NCBI GenBank assembly: GCA_003153935.1
Contig: PMCA01000027.1
Location: 9,405-73,404, forward strand
Source of the DNA: Elusimicrobiota bacterium
GTDB taxonomy: Bacteria > CAYTYR01 > UBA6262
Direction: 5' to 3'
DNA: 64,000 nucleotides
Below the pieces are notes generated by a model, which ran no database searches, was not told the origin of the DNA, and was given only the letters and a program-made list of their open reading frames with translations. Shown one piece after another: positions 37,550 to 47,013 of this stretch; within the stretch, counting starts at the first letter, position 1; each line of letters begins with the position of its first letter. The position numbers and the translations under genes were made by a program.

Positions 37550-38684
37550 GGTTGGGTCCTATAATTGCCATAATTTCCTTGGCGGCGCGCTGGGCTGCCC
37601 CGGACGGCCCCAGTTTTTGGCGCACCTGCAAAAGTTTTTCCCTGATAGCTTTCAGCTCCGGCGGATTATCCAGGAATTTCCCCGCCTGCCGGGCCAGGTC
37701 GGCGGCAATGACATCATGCTGGATAAATTCCGGCACTACTTTCTGCCCGCTGACTATATTGGCCAGCCCGATATAAGGTATCTTCACCAGGCGTTTGGCC
37801 AGCCAGTAGCTCACCGGGCTCACCCGGTACAGGATCAGCATGGGTATCCCCAGGTAAGCCATCTCCAGCGTCGCAGTCCCGCTGGCGACCAGCGCCAGCG
37901 TTAATTTTCTCCTGACCTGATAATCCGGGTCAGCTATGACTTTAATATCCAGGCCGGCCGCCTGCACAAAACCTTGTATGGATTCCAGACCGATAGTGGC
38001 CGAGCGCAGGCAAATAAATTCCAGGTACGTTCTTTCAGACAGCAGCTGTTTGGCCGTGGCCAGCATCGCCGGCAAAAGATGTTCCACTTCCTGCCGCCGG
38101 CTGCCGGGCATGAGCCCGATCAGCTTTTTATTTTTATCCAGGCCGTATTGGCGGTAAATATCCAGATTGTTCTCCGCCGGTATATGCTCGACCAGCGGAT
38201 GGCCGACCCAACTCACCGGTATTTGTTCCTGCCGGTAGATATCCTCTTCAAACTGGAAAATAACCAAAACCTTGGCCGCGAATTTCTTGATCTCTTTAAT
38301 CCGGCCAGGCCACCAGGCCCATAATTGCGGCGCGATGTAATAAACCACTGGTATGTTATATTTTTTGGCCAGCTTGCCGACCTTAAAATTAAACCCGGGG
38401 TAATCGATAAGCACGACTGCGGACGGTTTTTCCTCCTGGAAATAGCGCTCGGTGACCTTTAAGAGTTTTCGGAGCGTGATGACATTTTTGATCACTTCCG
38501 CGAAACCGATCACGGCCAGGTCCGCCAGGTTATAAAGGAGCTTAACCCCAGCCTCCGCCATATTATGCCCGCCCAGGCCCTCTATCCTGACCTGCGGGTC
38601 CATCTTCCTAAGTTCTTTGACCAGGTTGGCAGCGTGAATATCCCCGCTGGCCTCCCCGGCGACAATAAAGATCTTATTAGCCAT
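37539..38684 (-). CDS. lpxB: Lipid-A-disaccharide synthase
   Basis: AGEASGD, IDYPGFN, PQLWAW, PGSRRQE, SGTATLE. Confidence 0.96.
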   Translation of the reverse strand: MANKIFIVAGEASGDIHAANLVKELRKMDPQVRIEGLGGHNMAEAGVKLLYNLADLAVIGFAEVIKNVITLRKLLKVTERYFQEEKPSAVVLIDYPGFNFKVGKLAKKYNIPVVYYIAPQLWAWWPGRIKEIKKFAAKVLVIFQFEEDIYRQEQIPVSWVGHPLVEHIPAENNLDIYRQYGLDKNKKLIGLMPGSRRQEVEHLLPAMLATAKQLLSERTYLEFICLRSATIGLESIQGFVQAAGLDIKVIADPDYQVRRKLTLALVASGTATLEMAYLGIPMLILYRVSPVSYWLAKRLVKIPYIGLANIVSGQKVVPEFIQHDVIAADLARQAGKFLDNPPELKAIREKLLQVRQKLGPSGAAQRAAKEIMAIIGPNHGK

Positions 38685-39615
38685 CAGTCCTGATCTTTCT
38701 CATTATTTCCAAGGCCACCTGCAAAGCGTCCCGGCCCTGTTCCCCGGTCACCTGCGGCGTACGGCCCTCGCTGACGCAAGTTACGAAATGCTGCAACTCC
38801 AGGCCCAACGGTTCCATTTTAGCCAGGCGCGGATAAAGAACCTTAATATCTTTCAAGCTGGTAACTTCAGGCTGTTTTTTCTGGTAAACTTTCAATCCCG
38901 GCTTGGCGTAATCCAGGGATAAATATGAATCCTGCTGGAAGATCCTGATCTTGCGGAATTTTTTCAGCGACACCCGGCTGGCGGAAATATTGGCCACGCA
39001 GCCGTTGGCGAATTTGATCCGGGCGTTAGCTATATCCTCGAATCCGCTCAGGACCTTGGCCCCGACCGCGTCAATGGAGACGATCTTATCCTGAACCAGG
39101 TACATGACGATGTCTATATCGTGTATCATCAGATCCAATACCACGCTGATATGAGATACCCGCGGGTCGTAGGGACCGAGACGGTTGGCTTCAATGAACT
39201 TCGGATTCTTGGTATATTTCTGCGCTTCCAGGACCGCGGGATTAAAGCGTTCCACATGGCCCACCTGCAGTATCAGGTTTTTCTCCTGCGCCAGCCGCAC
39301 CAGCTCCTCGGCCTCTTCCAGCGCCGGGGTAATAGGTTTCTCGATCAGGCAATGGACCCCGTAACCAATAAAATCTTTGGCTACCTGGTAATGCAGAGGC
39401 GTCGGCACGGCGATGCTAACTGCTTCCACCTGGCGCAACAGGTCGCGATAATCAGTATGGGCCGCGGTATTATACTGCCGGGCGAATTTCCTGGCCTGCG
39501 CTTCATTGACGTCGCAGACGCCCACCAGTTCCACGCCAGGCAACCCCGCCAGTATCCGGCAATGGTGCACACCCAGGTGACCGATCCCGATCACTCCCAT
39601 TTTCACCTTGCTCAT
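38677..39615 (-). CDS. gnnA: Gfo/Idh/MocA oxidoreductase, GnnA-like (UDP-GlcNAc 3-dehydrogenase)
   Basis: GIGHLG, IEKPI, VGHVERFNP, DLMIHDID; located between lpxI and lpxB. Confidence 0.7.
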   Translation of the reverse strand: MSKVKMGVIGIGHLGVHHCRILAGLPGVELVGVCDVNEAQARKFARQYNTAAHTDYRDLLRQVEAVSIAVPTPLHYQVAKDFIGYGVHCLIEKPITPALEEAEELVRLAQEKNLILQVGHVERFNPAVLEAQKYTKNPKFIEANRLGPYDPRVSHISVVLDLMIHDIDIVMYLVQDKIVSIDAVGAKVLSGFEDIANARIKFANGCVANISASRVSLKKFRKIRIFQQDSYLSLDYAKPGLKVYQKKQPEVTSLKDIKVLYPRLAKMEPLGLELQHFVTCVSEGRTPQVTGEQGRDALQVALEIMRKIRTDG

Positions 39616-40433
39616 ATCTGCTCCTTAACGGCGGCCAGACATATCTTATAATGATCGGCCAGCGCCACTACTTTCTCCAGATCCAGGATAAGCGTTTCCC
39701 CGGCGCTAAAAGCCAGTACGCCGGCCTTAGCCTGGTGTAAAGTTTCGATCGTTCTTTCACCAATAATCGGCACGTCAAAACGCAGGTCCTGGTGCGGTTT
39801 GGAAACTTTGACTACCACCACGTTCTCTTTACCGATCAGCCCTCCGCGCAGGATGGCCTGGTCCGTGCCTTCCATTGCTTCGACGGCGAGCACAGCTTTA
39901 TCTTTCACCACCACGGTCTGGCCGATATCCAGGCCGGCTATGCCTTTGGCCAGGCGCAAGCCAAAATTAATATCCTGCCTTTCTTCTTTCGTGGGTTTTT
40001 GTTTAGTCAGTATCCCTTCCCGGGGGATGAATTTTTCCAGGAATATGGTCGAGTCTACCAGCCGGATGCCTTCCTGGTTAAGCTCCTGGGCCACTCCGCC
40101 CAGGATCGTGTCAGCCTTTTTATCCGGCAAACGTTTAAGCAGGCCCATGGCGCGCAGGTCCAGCTTCAACAAATCAAAAAGGCGGAAATGTTTTACCTGT
40201 CCTGCCATCACCGCCCGTTTTACTTCCTGTTTTTTGAAAACAGAGATCAATTTATTAAGTTGTCCCAGGGAGACCCAGGTGAAGCTGTCAACCAGATTTT
40301 CCAATTCTGGCTTGGTTTCGCCCTCCAGCGCCACGGCTATGACCCGCAGGTTTTGTTCCCTGGCGGCCCGGGCGAAATGCAGGGGATAATCACCGTTCCC
40401 CGCTATGAGACCGATCTTGTTATCTTCTGGCAT
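39612..40433 (-). CDS. lpxI: UDP-2,3-diacylglucosamine pyrophosphatase LpxI
   Basis: GLIAGNG, LDIGQTVVV, AVEAMEGTD, QDLRFDVP. Confidence 0.93.
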   Translation of the reverse strand: MPEDNKIGLIAGNGDYPLHFARAAREQNLRVIAVALEGETKPELENLVDSFTWVSLGQLNKLISVFKKQEVKRAVMAGQVKHFRLFDLLKLDLRAMGLLKRLPDKKADTILGGVAQELNQEGIRLVDSTIFLEKFIPREGILTKQKPTKEERQDINFGLRLAKGIAGLDIGQTVVVKDKAVLAVEAMEGTDQAILRGGLIGKENVVVVKVSKPHQDLRFDVPIIGERTIETLHQAKAGVLAFSAGETLILDLEKVVALADHYKICLAAVKEQI

Positions 40434-40444
40434 AATTCTGCCTC

Positions 40445-41218
40445 TTATTCTTTTGTAATGCCTCTCTCGGATTCAGCGATGAATTGGATAAAATATTTCA
40501 CTTCATCACACCAGTTAGTTTCTTTCTTTAACTGGGCCAGGGCCTGGGTAGTATTCAATTTGGAACGGAAAACTATTTTATAGGCTTTTTTCAACTGATT
40601 ACGCACATCCAATGAAAAGTTATTTCTTTCCAGAGCCACGCTATTGAGGCCGTACATCCTGATCGGGCTCCCGGCGGCTTTGCAGTAAGGCGGCACATCC
40701 TTATTGGTCCGGGACCCGCCGCCCAGGATAGCATAAGTGCCGATCCGGCAGAACTGATGTATCGGGGTCATGCCGCCGATAACCGCCCGGTCCTCTACTA
40801 TCACATGTCCGGCCAGAGTGGCGTTATTAGCCAGGACCACATAGCTGCCGATGACGCAGTCATGCGCTACGTGAGCATAAGCCATTAACAGGTTATTATC
40901 GCCGAGCCTGGTTTCCCCGACACCGGCAGTACCGCGATTGATGGTGACATATTCACGGATAACGTTGTTCTTGCCGATGACCACTTTGGTCTTTTCGCCG
41001 CGGTACTTTAAATCTTGAGGAGGCACACCGATAACCGCGCCGGTATAAACATGGCAATCTTCCCCTAACTCCGTGTCGCCGTCTATCAGCACGTTGGATT
41101 CTATAACGGTGCCCTTGCCGATCTTAACGTCCTTGCCGATAATAGAAAAAGGGCCGACCTCCACGTTATCGCCTATTATGGCATCCGGGTGAACCAAAGC
41201 TGTTTTATGGACTTTCAT
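40445..41218 (-). CDS. lpxA: Acyl-ACP--UDP-N-acetylglucosamine O-acyltransferase
   Basis: Hexapeptide repeats, PQDLKY, IREYVTINRGT, HVAHDC, HQF; ATG 41218 has SD GGAGGAG. Confidence 0.96.
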   Translation of the reverse strand: MKVHKTALVHPDAIIGDNVEVGPFSIIGKDVKIGKGTVIESNVLIDGDTELGEDCHVYTGAVIGVPPQDLKYRGEKTKVVIGKNNVIREYVTINRGTAGVGETRLGDNNLLMAYAHVAHDCVIGSYVVLANNATLAGHVIVEDRAVIGGMTPIHQFCRIGTYAILGGGSRTNKDVPPYCKAAGSPIRMYGLNSVALERNNFSLDVRNQLKKAYKIVFRSKLNTTQALAQLKKETNWCDEVKYFIQFIAESERGITKE

Positions 41219-41243
41219 TAACTCCTCCACCTGATGCTGATTA

Positions 41244-42587
41244 TTATCTGTCTACCAGGGTAAACATGAACTCCGCTTCCGCGACCAATTTAGAATTAAC
41301 GAAAGCCTTGCCGCACACTATCCCGGTTTTGCTTTTAACTCTCAATAATTCCGCTTCGAAGATTATCGTATCCCCAGGTACTACTGTCTGGCGGAATTTT
41401 ACTTTATCGATGGTCATAAAATAGGCCAATTTGCCGGCGTTCTCGCTCTTTTTAAGCAACAGCACGCCCGCCACTTGCGCCATGGATTCTATCAACAAAA
41501 CGCCCGGCATGACCGGATGACCAGGGAAATGCCCGCGGAAGAAATCCTCGTTAATGGTGACGTTTTTCAAACCGATCGCTTTTTTATCTTCTTCGATCTT
41601 GAGGATCTTGTCCACCAGCAGGAACGGCGGCCGGTGCGGCAGGACCTTTTGCACTTCGTTCGTGTCCATGAGCGGATTATTCAGGTCTAGGTCCGCGAAA
41701 CGATCGGCCTTGCCGGTCGTCCCGGGGGCAGCCTGAGGAGACGCTGCGGATTTGGCTTCTTTATTTTTCAATTGTTTAAGTTTCTTCACAAAACTGACGT
41801 TAGACGGATGTCCGCACCTGACCGCGATGATATGAGCTTTTAACGGCTGTCCCAGGAGACAAAAATCGCCGATCAGGTCCAGGATCTTATGCCGCACGAA
41901 CTCATCGGCAAAGCGCAGTTCAGTATGAATACCCTTCTCGCCGATAATGACCGCATTGTTCAAATTGCCGCCCTTGGCCAGTCCCTGTTTCTTCAGGGTT
42001 TCTATCTCATAATCAAAGCAAAAAGTCCGCGAAGGCGCGATCTCTTTGACGTAAGTTTCCGGATTAACAGTGAAAGTTGCATATTGTGATTTCAGGAAGG
42101 GATGATCATAGTTTATGGTCAGGCTGACTTTGAATTCCGCGGCCGGCACGGCGATAATGCTGGTTTGGCCATCGACAAAATAAAGCGGTTCCTTCAGTTC
42201 GAAATAATTCCGCGGTGCGTCCTGCTCCACCAGGCCGGCTTTCTGCAGGGTCTGGATAAAGGGCATGGCGCTGCCGTCCCCGACGGGCGGTTCATTGGCG
42301 TTGATCTCGATCATGGCGTTGTCCACGCCCAGGCCGTAGAGAGCCGATAATATGTGCTCTACCGTATGGACCTTGACCTCACCGAGGCCGATGTTGGTCC
42401 CGCGCTTGACATCAATGACATTATTGACATCGGCCGCGAAAAGATTGTCAGTTTTCTGGTCGATGCGCATGAACTTGATGCCGCTATTGGCCGGCGCCGG
42501 CTTAAAAGTTATGCTGGTGATACTGCCGGTATGCAGGCCGACACCCGAATAGGAAATCGGCTCTTTTAATGTTTTTTGTTTTTCCAT
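41244..42587 (-). CDS. lpxC: Bifunctional LpxC/FabZ fusion
   Basis: GVGLHTG, TVEH, RHKILDLIGD (LpxC) followed by LPHRPPFLLVD, FRGHFPG.PVMPGVL (FabZ). Confidence 0.96.
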   Translation of the reverse strand: MEKQKTLKEPISYSGVGLHTGSITSITFKPAPANSGIKFMRIDQKTDNLFAADVNNVIDVKRGTNIGLGEVKVHTVEHILSALYGLGVDNAMIEINANEPPVGDGSAMPFIQTLQKAGLVEQDAPRNYFELKEPLYFVDGQTSIIAVPAAEFKVSLTINYDHPFLKSQYATFTVNPETYVKEIAPSRTFCFDYEIETLKKQGLAKGGNLNNAVIIGEKGIHTELRFADEFVRHKILDLIGDFCLLGQPLKAHIIAVRCGHPSNVSFVKKLKQLKNKEAKSAASPQAAPGTTGKADRFADLDLNNPLMDTNEVQKVLPHRPPFLLVDKILKIEEDKKAIGLKNVTINEDFFRGHFPGHPVMPGVLLIESMAQVAGVLLLKKSENAGKLAYFMTIDKVKFRQTVVPGDTIIFEAELLRVKSKTGIVCGKAFVNSKLVAEAEFMFTLVDR

Positions 42588-42603
42588 TTCTCCCCCTAAA
42601 ATC

Positions 42604-42672
42604 AGACCACGGTTAGCGGATAACGGATGACGGCTAAATTAACCGTCGTCTGTCATCTGTCGTCCGTCATCC
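42604..42672. repeat. Heptamer-armed inverted repeat element E (GGATGAC type)
   Basis: AGACCAC GGTTAGC GGATAAC GGATGAC GG, loop CTAAATTAA, CC GTCGTCT GTCATCT GTCGTCC GTCATCC. Confidence 0.8.
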
Positions 42673-42674
42673 AA

Positions 42675-43703
42675 TTATTTACTGTTTTCTAATTCCTTTA
42701 TTTTTTTCTCCAGTTCCGCTACTTTGACCCGCAGTTCCGGCAACCGGCGCAATTCCGCATTTTGTCTCCTGGCCAGTTGATGGGGCTGGGCCGGATAGCC
42801 GCTGACACATTCACCGGGCGTAACATCTTTGGTCACCCCGGCCTGGGCGGCGACAATGCTGCCTTTGCCGATGGTAATATGCCCTACTATGCCCGCCTGC
42901 CCGGCAATGGTAACATTCTCTTCGATCACCGTGCTGCCGGATATACCGGCCTGCGCGACGATCAAGCAATTGGTCCCGACCTGCACATTATGGGCGATCT
43001 GCACTAGGTTATCTATTTTGGTACCGCTGCCGATGCTCGTGTTGCCCAGGGTGCCGCGGGCCACGCAAACATTGGCGCCGATCTCCACATCGTCCCCGAT
43101 CACCACTGACCCGACCTGCGGGATCTTGAAATGCCCGCCGGACTGCGGCACAAACCCAAAGCCATCGCTGCCGATGACCGCTCCGGAATGGATGATCACC
43201 CGGGCACCGATGGAGATCTTTTCACGGATGGACACATTGGCATAGATCAAACCATCCGGACCTATGTTTGTTTCCCTGCCGATATATACTCCAGGGTAAA
43301 TAACGCAATTATTACCGATGCTGGTTCCCGCCTCTACCACTACCGCCGGGCCGATAGCCACATTCGCGCCTAATTTGGCCTGGGGACTGATAACCGCCGT
43401 GGCATTAATCCCTGCCGGGATAACCTGCTCCGGCGGATTGAATAGGGCCAGGATCCTGGCGAAAGCCAGATAAGGATTGTCGCAGATGATCGCCGCTTTA
43501 CCCGCGGTCGGAAAATCCGGCGAAACGATGATAGCGCCGGCCTGGCTTTTTTCCAGTTCTTTGGCATAGCGCGGATTAGACAGAAAGGTGATCTCCGCCG
43601 GGGTGGCTTCCTTAATGCCGGCTACTCCTTTGATGACCATTTGCGGATCTCCCATTATCTTTCCGCTTACTAAACTAGCCAGTTCCGCCAAGGTTTTTTC
43701 CAT
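42675..43703 (-). CDS. lpxD: UDP-3-O-acylglucosamine N-acyltransferase
   Basis: [28 protein letters not shown]. Confidence 0.96.
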   Translation of the reverse strand: MEKTLAELASLVSGKIMGDPQMVIKGVAGIKEATPAEITFLSNPRYAKELEKSQAGAIIVSPDFPTAGKAAIICDNPYLAFARILALFNPPEQVIPAGINATAVISPQAKLGANVAIGPAVVVEAGTSIGNNCVIYPGVYIGRETNIGPDGLIYANVSIREKISIGARVIIHSGAVIGSDGFGFVPQSGGHFKIPQVGSVVIGDDVEIGANVCVARGTLGNTSIGSGTKIDNLVQIAHNVQVGTNCLIVAQAGISGSTVIEENVTIAGQAGIVGHITIGKGSIVAAQAGVTKDVTPGECVSGYPAQPHQLARRQNAELRRLPELRVKVAELEKKIKELENSK

Positions 43704-43704
43704 A

Positions 43705-44334
43705 TTATTCCTCTTTGATCTTTAACTGATAAGGCGAAGTCACCGGAGCAGATGAAGGCACGATCACCGGCTTGGTCTGGCTATATCCGGTCGTGTTATC
43801 CGGTAAGGACGGTGAGACAATGCCCTTAGCCTGGTCTTCCAGCCTCTTGATCACGTCATCCGTAATATTCCAGGAGTCCGCGCCGTAAATTACGTTATTC
43901 TTATCCAGGATCAGGGTATAGCTCTTTTCCTTGCCTATAGCCTGCACTGCGGCGTATACCTTGGCCAGGATTCCCTGGGTCAGGTCGGATTCCTTCTTGG
44001 TCAGGTCGCTTTCGGACTCCTCGGTGAACTTTTGCAGTTCCTGGGCCTTGCGGTCAATATCCGCCAGTTTATTTTTCTTGTCATCCGGGGTGAGAGTCGC
44101 CTGCTGTGCTTCCAGCACCTGCCGTAAGTTTTTCACTTCATCGCTCATCTTCTGGATCGCGTCCTGTTTGGACTTGATCTCTTTTTCCAGGGCTAACTTA
44201 GCTTTTTTGGTTTCCGTGTACTGATCAAATACCGTGGCGATATCCACGTAGCCTATTTTTAATCCCGCCGCCATAAGCGTCACGGCCGTGGTTAATATCA
44301 CACTGAGTATTATCGCTGCTATAAACTTTTTCAC
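43705..44334 (-). CDS. skp: Periplasmic chaperone Skp/OmpH
   Basis: Signal peptide, KIGYVD, coiled coil, ITDDVIKRL; between bamA and lpxD. Confidence 0.9.
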   Translation of the reverse strand: MKKFIAAIILSVILTTAVTLMAAGLKIGYVDIATVFDQYTETKKAKLALEKEIKSKQDAIQKMSDEVKNLRQVLEAQQATLTPDDKKNKLADIDRKAQELQKFTEESESDLTKKESDLTQGILAKVYAAVQAIGKEKSYTLILDKNNVIYGADSWNITDDVIKRLEDQAKGIVSPSLPDNTTGYSQTKPVIVPSSAPVTSPYQLKIKEE

Positions 44335-44352
44335 TTATGCCTCCTTCAAAAT

Positions 44353-44439
44353 AGTTGCGAGTTTCGAATTCCGCGTTTCGAGTTATGGAATATATATTTA
44401 TACATTAACTCGCAACTCGTAACCCGCTAACTCGAAGCT
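44353..44439. repeat. Heptamer-armed inverted repeat element C
   Basis: AGTTGCG AGTTTCG AATTCCG CGTTTCG AGTTATG, spacer, ATTAACT CGCAACT CGTAACC CGCTAACT CGAAGCT. Confidence 0.85.
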
Positions 44440-44444
44440 GTCTC

Positions 44445-46937
44445 TTAGAATACCGGGCCGATACTAAAGAAGAACTGGGAAAGACTTTCGCCCGGCTTGT
44501 GGTTCAAGCCATAACCCCAATCCAGGCGGATTGGGAACATCGGTATGGTAAAACGCAGACCAAAACCCACATCCTGCTTTAAAGCATAGTCGTAATGCCC
44601 CAGCTTGGTGGTAGGCCAGGTATTGCCGGCGTCATAGAAGAACGCTCCCTTTAAGATGGTCTGCCTTTTTTCCCTGATTATCGGGAAGCTGTATTCCAGG
44701 TTCAGCAGGGTGACGAACTTGCCGCCGCTGACCTCACCCACCTCCCCGTTGTAATTATAGCCGCGCAGGGTTTCGGCGCCGCCCAGGAAGAATCTTTCGT
44801 AGACCGGAACCTCGACAGAACTGCCGTAGGTATTCACTACCCCGAACATGCCATGCAAGCCCCAGACAAATTTCCAAAAGCTGGGGAAGAACCAGGCTGT
44901 TTCCAGGGTTAATTTCTGGAAATTATTGTCCCCCCGCAGCCAACCGCCGGCAAGCTTATAATTCAAGATCTGGTTGGAACCGGTAGTAGCGTCAAAAACA
45001 TTATCCCGGGTATCGCGGGACAAGTTGAGGGAGATAGAGCTGGTCTTGACCAGGCCCCGATCAGTATCATTAGCGATTTCATCGCTGATATTTTTGAATG
45101 GCAACCCAAAATAAGGGCTGTTCGTATCCCCTTCAGTTTTTAACCTTTCGGTAAGGTTGCTAATCCTGATATCCTCATAAGAATAGCCGATACCGCCGTT
45201 AAATATCTCTTTGAACCGTTTGCCTAAAGTAAAACCGACACCGCGGGTGGTCTCGTCATACAGGTCATTCTCTACCGAGGTATCAGCTGCCGGCACGGTC
45301 GCAATCGTCGCGTTGGTATTCGGATCGACATAAACGGTGCTGGTTTTATTCCAGTAGAAGGTCCTATCCCGTTTCATATTGAAAACATTGACCCCCAGTG
45401 AAAAATAATGCTGCATGAACCAGGGATCGAAAAAGCCGATCTGGTAATTCTGTCGCAGGGCGCCGATCTCGTACGCCAGGTTGATGCGCTGGCCGCGGCC
45501 CAGCAGGTTATTGATCTGTATCTGCATATTGCCTACTAATTTATCGACGCTGCTGTAGCCCATACCCACGCTCAGGACATTGACCTGGGATTTCTCCTTG
45601 ACATTAAATATCAGGTCCAGTTGTTCCTCGGGTTTTTCCGCGTTGGGCTTGGTTTCCAGTCCCACATCTTCAAAGAATCCCAGGTTATACAATTGCTCCT
45701 GGCTGCGGCGCACCCTGGTCATGCTCAAGGGGTCGCCCTGGTGCAAAAGTATTTCCCGCTGGATCACATAATCTTTGGTTATTTCATTGCCGGCTATCTC
45801 TATGTTCCCGACATAAGCCATGGGTCCTTCGGTAATATGGTAATTTATGTCCATGGTTTGCAGATCGTCATGGGTGGTAACCTGGGGATCGATCCGGGCG
45901 AACACATATCCTTTATCGGCATAGACCGCCTGAATGTTGGCCGTGGCCTGGTTAAAATCATCCTGGTTGTAGAATCCGTTCAATTTGACTGGCATATCTT
46001 TCCAGAATTCCTTTTCCTGGATCACGGTATTGCCGCTGAATTTTATGGAAGCGATCCGGTACCTAAGCCCTTCCTGGATCGTATATTTTATGGTCAACTT
46101 AGAACGGTCCGCATTGAATATAACCTCCGGACCGCTCAGTTTGAAATTGTAAAATCCGTGGTCCTTATAAAATTTTTCCAGTATATCCGGGTCCTTGTCC
46201 AAAGTCTCTTCTTTATATAATTTGCTTTTCCTGGTTTTTAAGACTTTCAGTATCTTTTTGGTCGGGTAAAAGGAATTACCGCTGACCTGTACTTCATCAA
46301 TTCTTATCTTATTACCTTCGGTGATGAAAAACGTCAATACCTGTTTATTATCCCCGGTGTCCGTGGTATATGATTCCACCTTGGCGTCGGCATAGCCTTT
46401 GTCTTTATAATAGGTCAGGATCTTAGTCTTGGATTCGTCCAGTTTAGACTGGTCCAGAGCTTCCTTTTCCTTAAGCGTGACCTCATCCTTGATATTGGAA
46501 GCTTTTATTAGCTTATTACCTTTGATATCTATCTGCTTGATCACCGGTTTTTCCACTACGATAAAAGTAACCTTAACCCCGCCGTCTACGTCCGTCACAT
46601 CCACATTAATGGAGGAGAACAGGTTCAGGTCGAATAGCTTACGCAGGTCATCATCAACAGTGGCCTGCTTATAATCCTGTCCCTTGCGTATCTTGGTCAC
46701 GTCCCATACTTTGCGCAATGGCTCATTCTTCAGGCCGCTGACATCAACTAGTATAATTTTCTTGCCTTCCGGCGATTCGCCCGCGGAACTGCTACCCGGA
46801 CCGGCCAGGCTTCCCATTGGCGTCTCCGGTGGTGATAAGGACAGATCGGCTGCTCGTACCGGCCCTATTCCCAGCAAAAATAAACTGATTAAAACCAGTA
46901 TAAATTTTAGCGGCTTCTTTATTCTATTATTGGACAA
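44445..46937 (-). CDS. bamA: Outer membrane protein assembly factor BamA
   Basis: About 5 POTRA repeats, RFFLGGAETLRGY, PIRLDWG, C-terminal FSIGPVF; upstream of skp-lpxD; TTG start with SD GAGGAGG. Confidence 0.94.
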   Translation of the reverse strand: MSNNRIKKPLKFILVLISLFLLGIGPVRAADLSLSPPETPMGSLAGPGSSSAGESPEGKKIILVDVSGLKNEPLRKVWDVTKIRKGQDYKQATVDDDLRKLFDLNLFSSINVDVTDVDGGVKVTFIVVEKPVIKQIDIKGNKLIKASNIKDEVTLKEKEALDQSKLDESKTKILTYYKDKGYADAKVESYTTDTGDNKQVLTFFITEGNKIRIDEVQVSGNSFYPTKKILKVLKTRKSKLYKEETLDKDPDILEKFYKDHGFYNFKLSGPEVIFNADRSKLTIKYTIQEGLRYRIASIKFSGNTVIQEKEFWKDMPVKLNGFYNQDDFNQATANIQAVYADKGYVFARIDPQVTTHDDLQTMDINYHITEGPMAYVGNIEIAGNEITKDYVIQREILLHQGDPLSMTRVRRSQEQLYNLGFFEDVGLETKPNAEKPEEQLDLIFNVKEKSQVNVLSVGMGYSSVDKLVGNMQIQINNLLGRGQRINLAYEIGALRQNYQIGFFDPWFMQHYFSLGVNVFNMKRDRTFYWNKTSTVYVDPNTNATIATVPAADTSVENDLYDETTRGVGFTLGKRFKEIFNGGIGYSYEDIRISNLTERLKTEGDTNSPYFGLPFKNISDEIANDTDRGLVKTSSISLNLSRDTRDNVFDATTGSNQILNYKLAGGWLRGDNNFQKLTLETAWFFPSFWKFVWGLHGMFGVVNTYGSSVEVPVYERFFLGGAETLRGYNYNGEVGEVSGGKFVTLLNLEYSFPIIREKRQTILKGAFFYDAGNTWPTTKLGHYDYALKQDVGFGLRFTIPMFPIRLDWGYGLNHKPGESLSQFFFSIGPVF

Positions 46938-46962
46938 TTAGTCCTCCTCTATGTATTTTTTT

Positions 46963-46991
46963 ATTTTATCATAAAACCGGGCTATTTCCAA
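46963..46991 (-). promoter_or_regulatory. Possible sigma70 promoter for the bamA-lpx operon
   Basis: TTGGAA(46991-46986), 17-nt spacer, TAAAAT(46968-46963) with extended TG. Confidence 0.5.
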
Positions 46992-47013
46992 GCAATTTAT
47001 CCCTAATTTTCCA

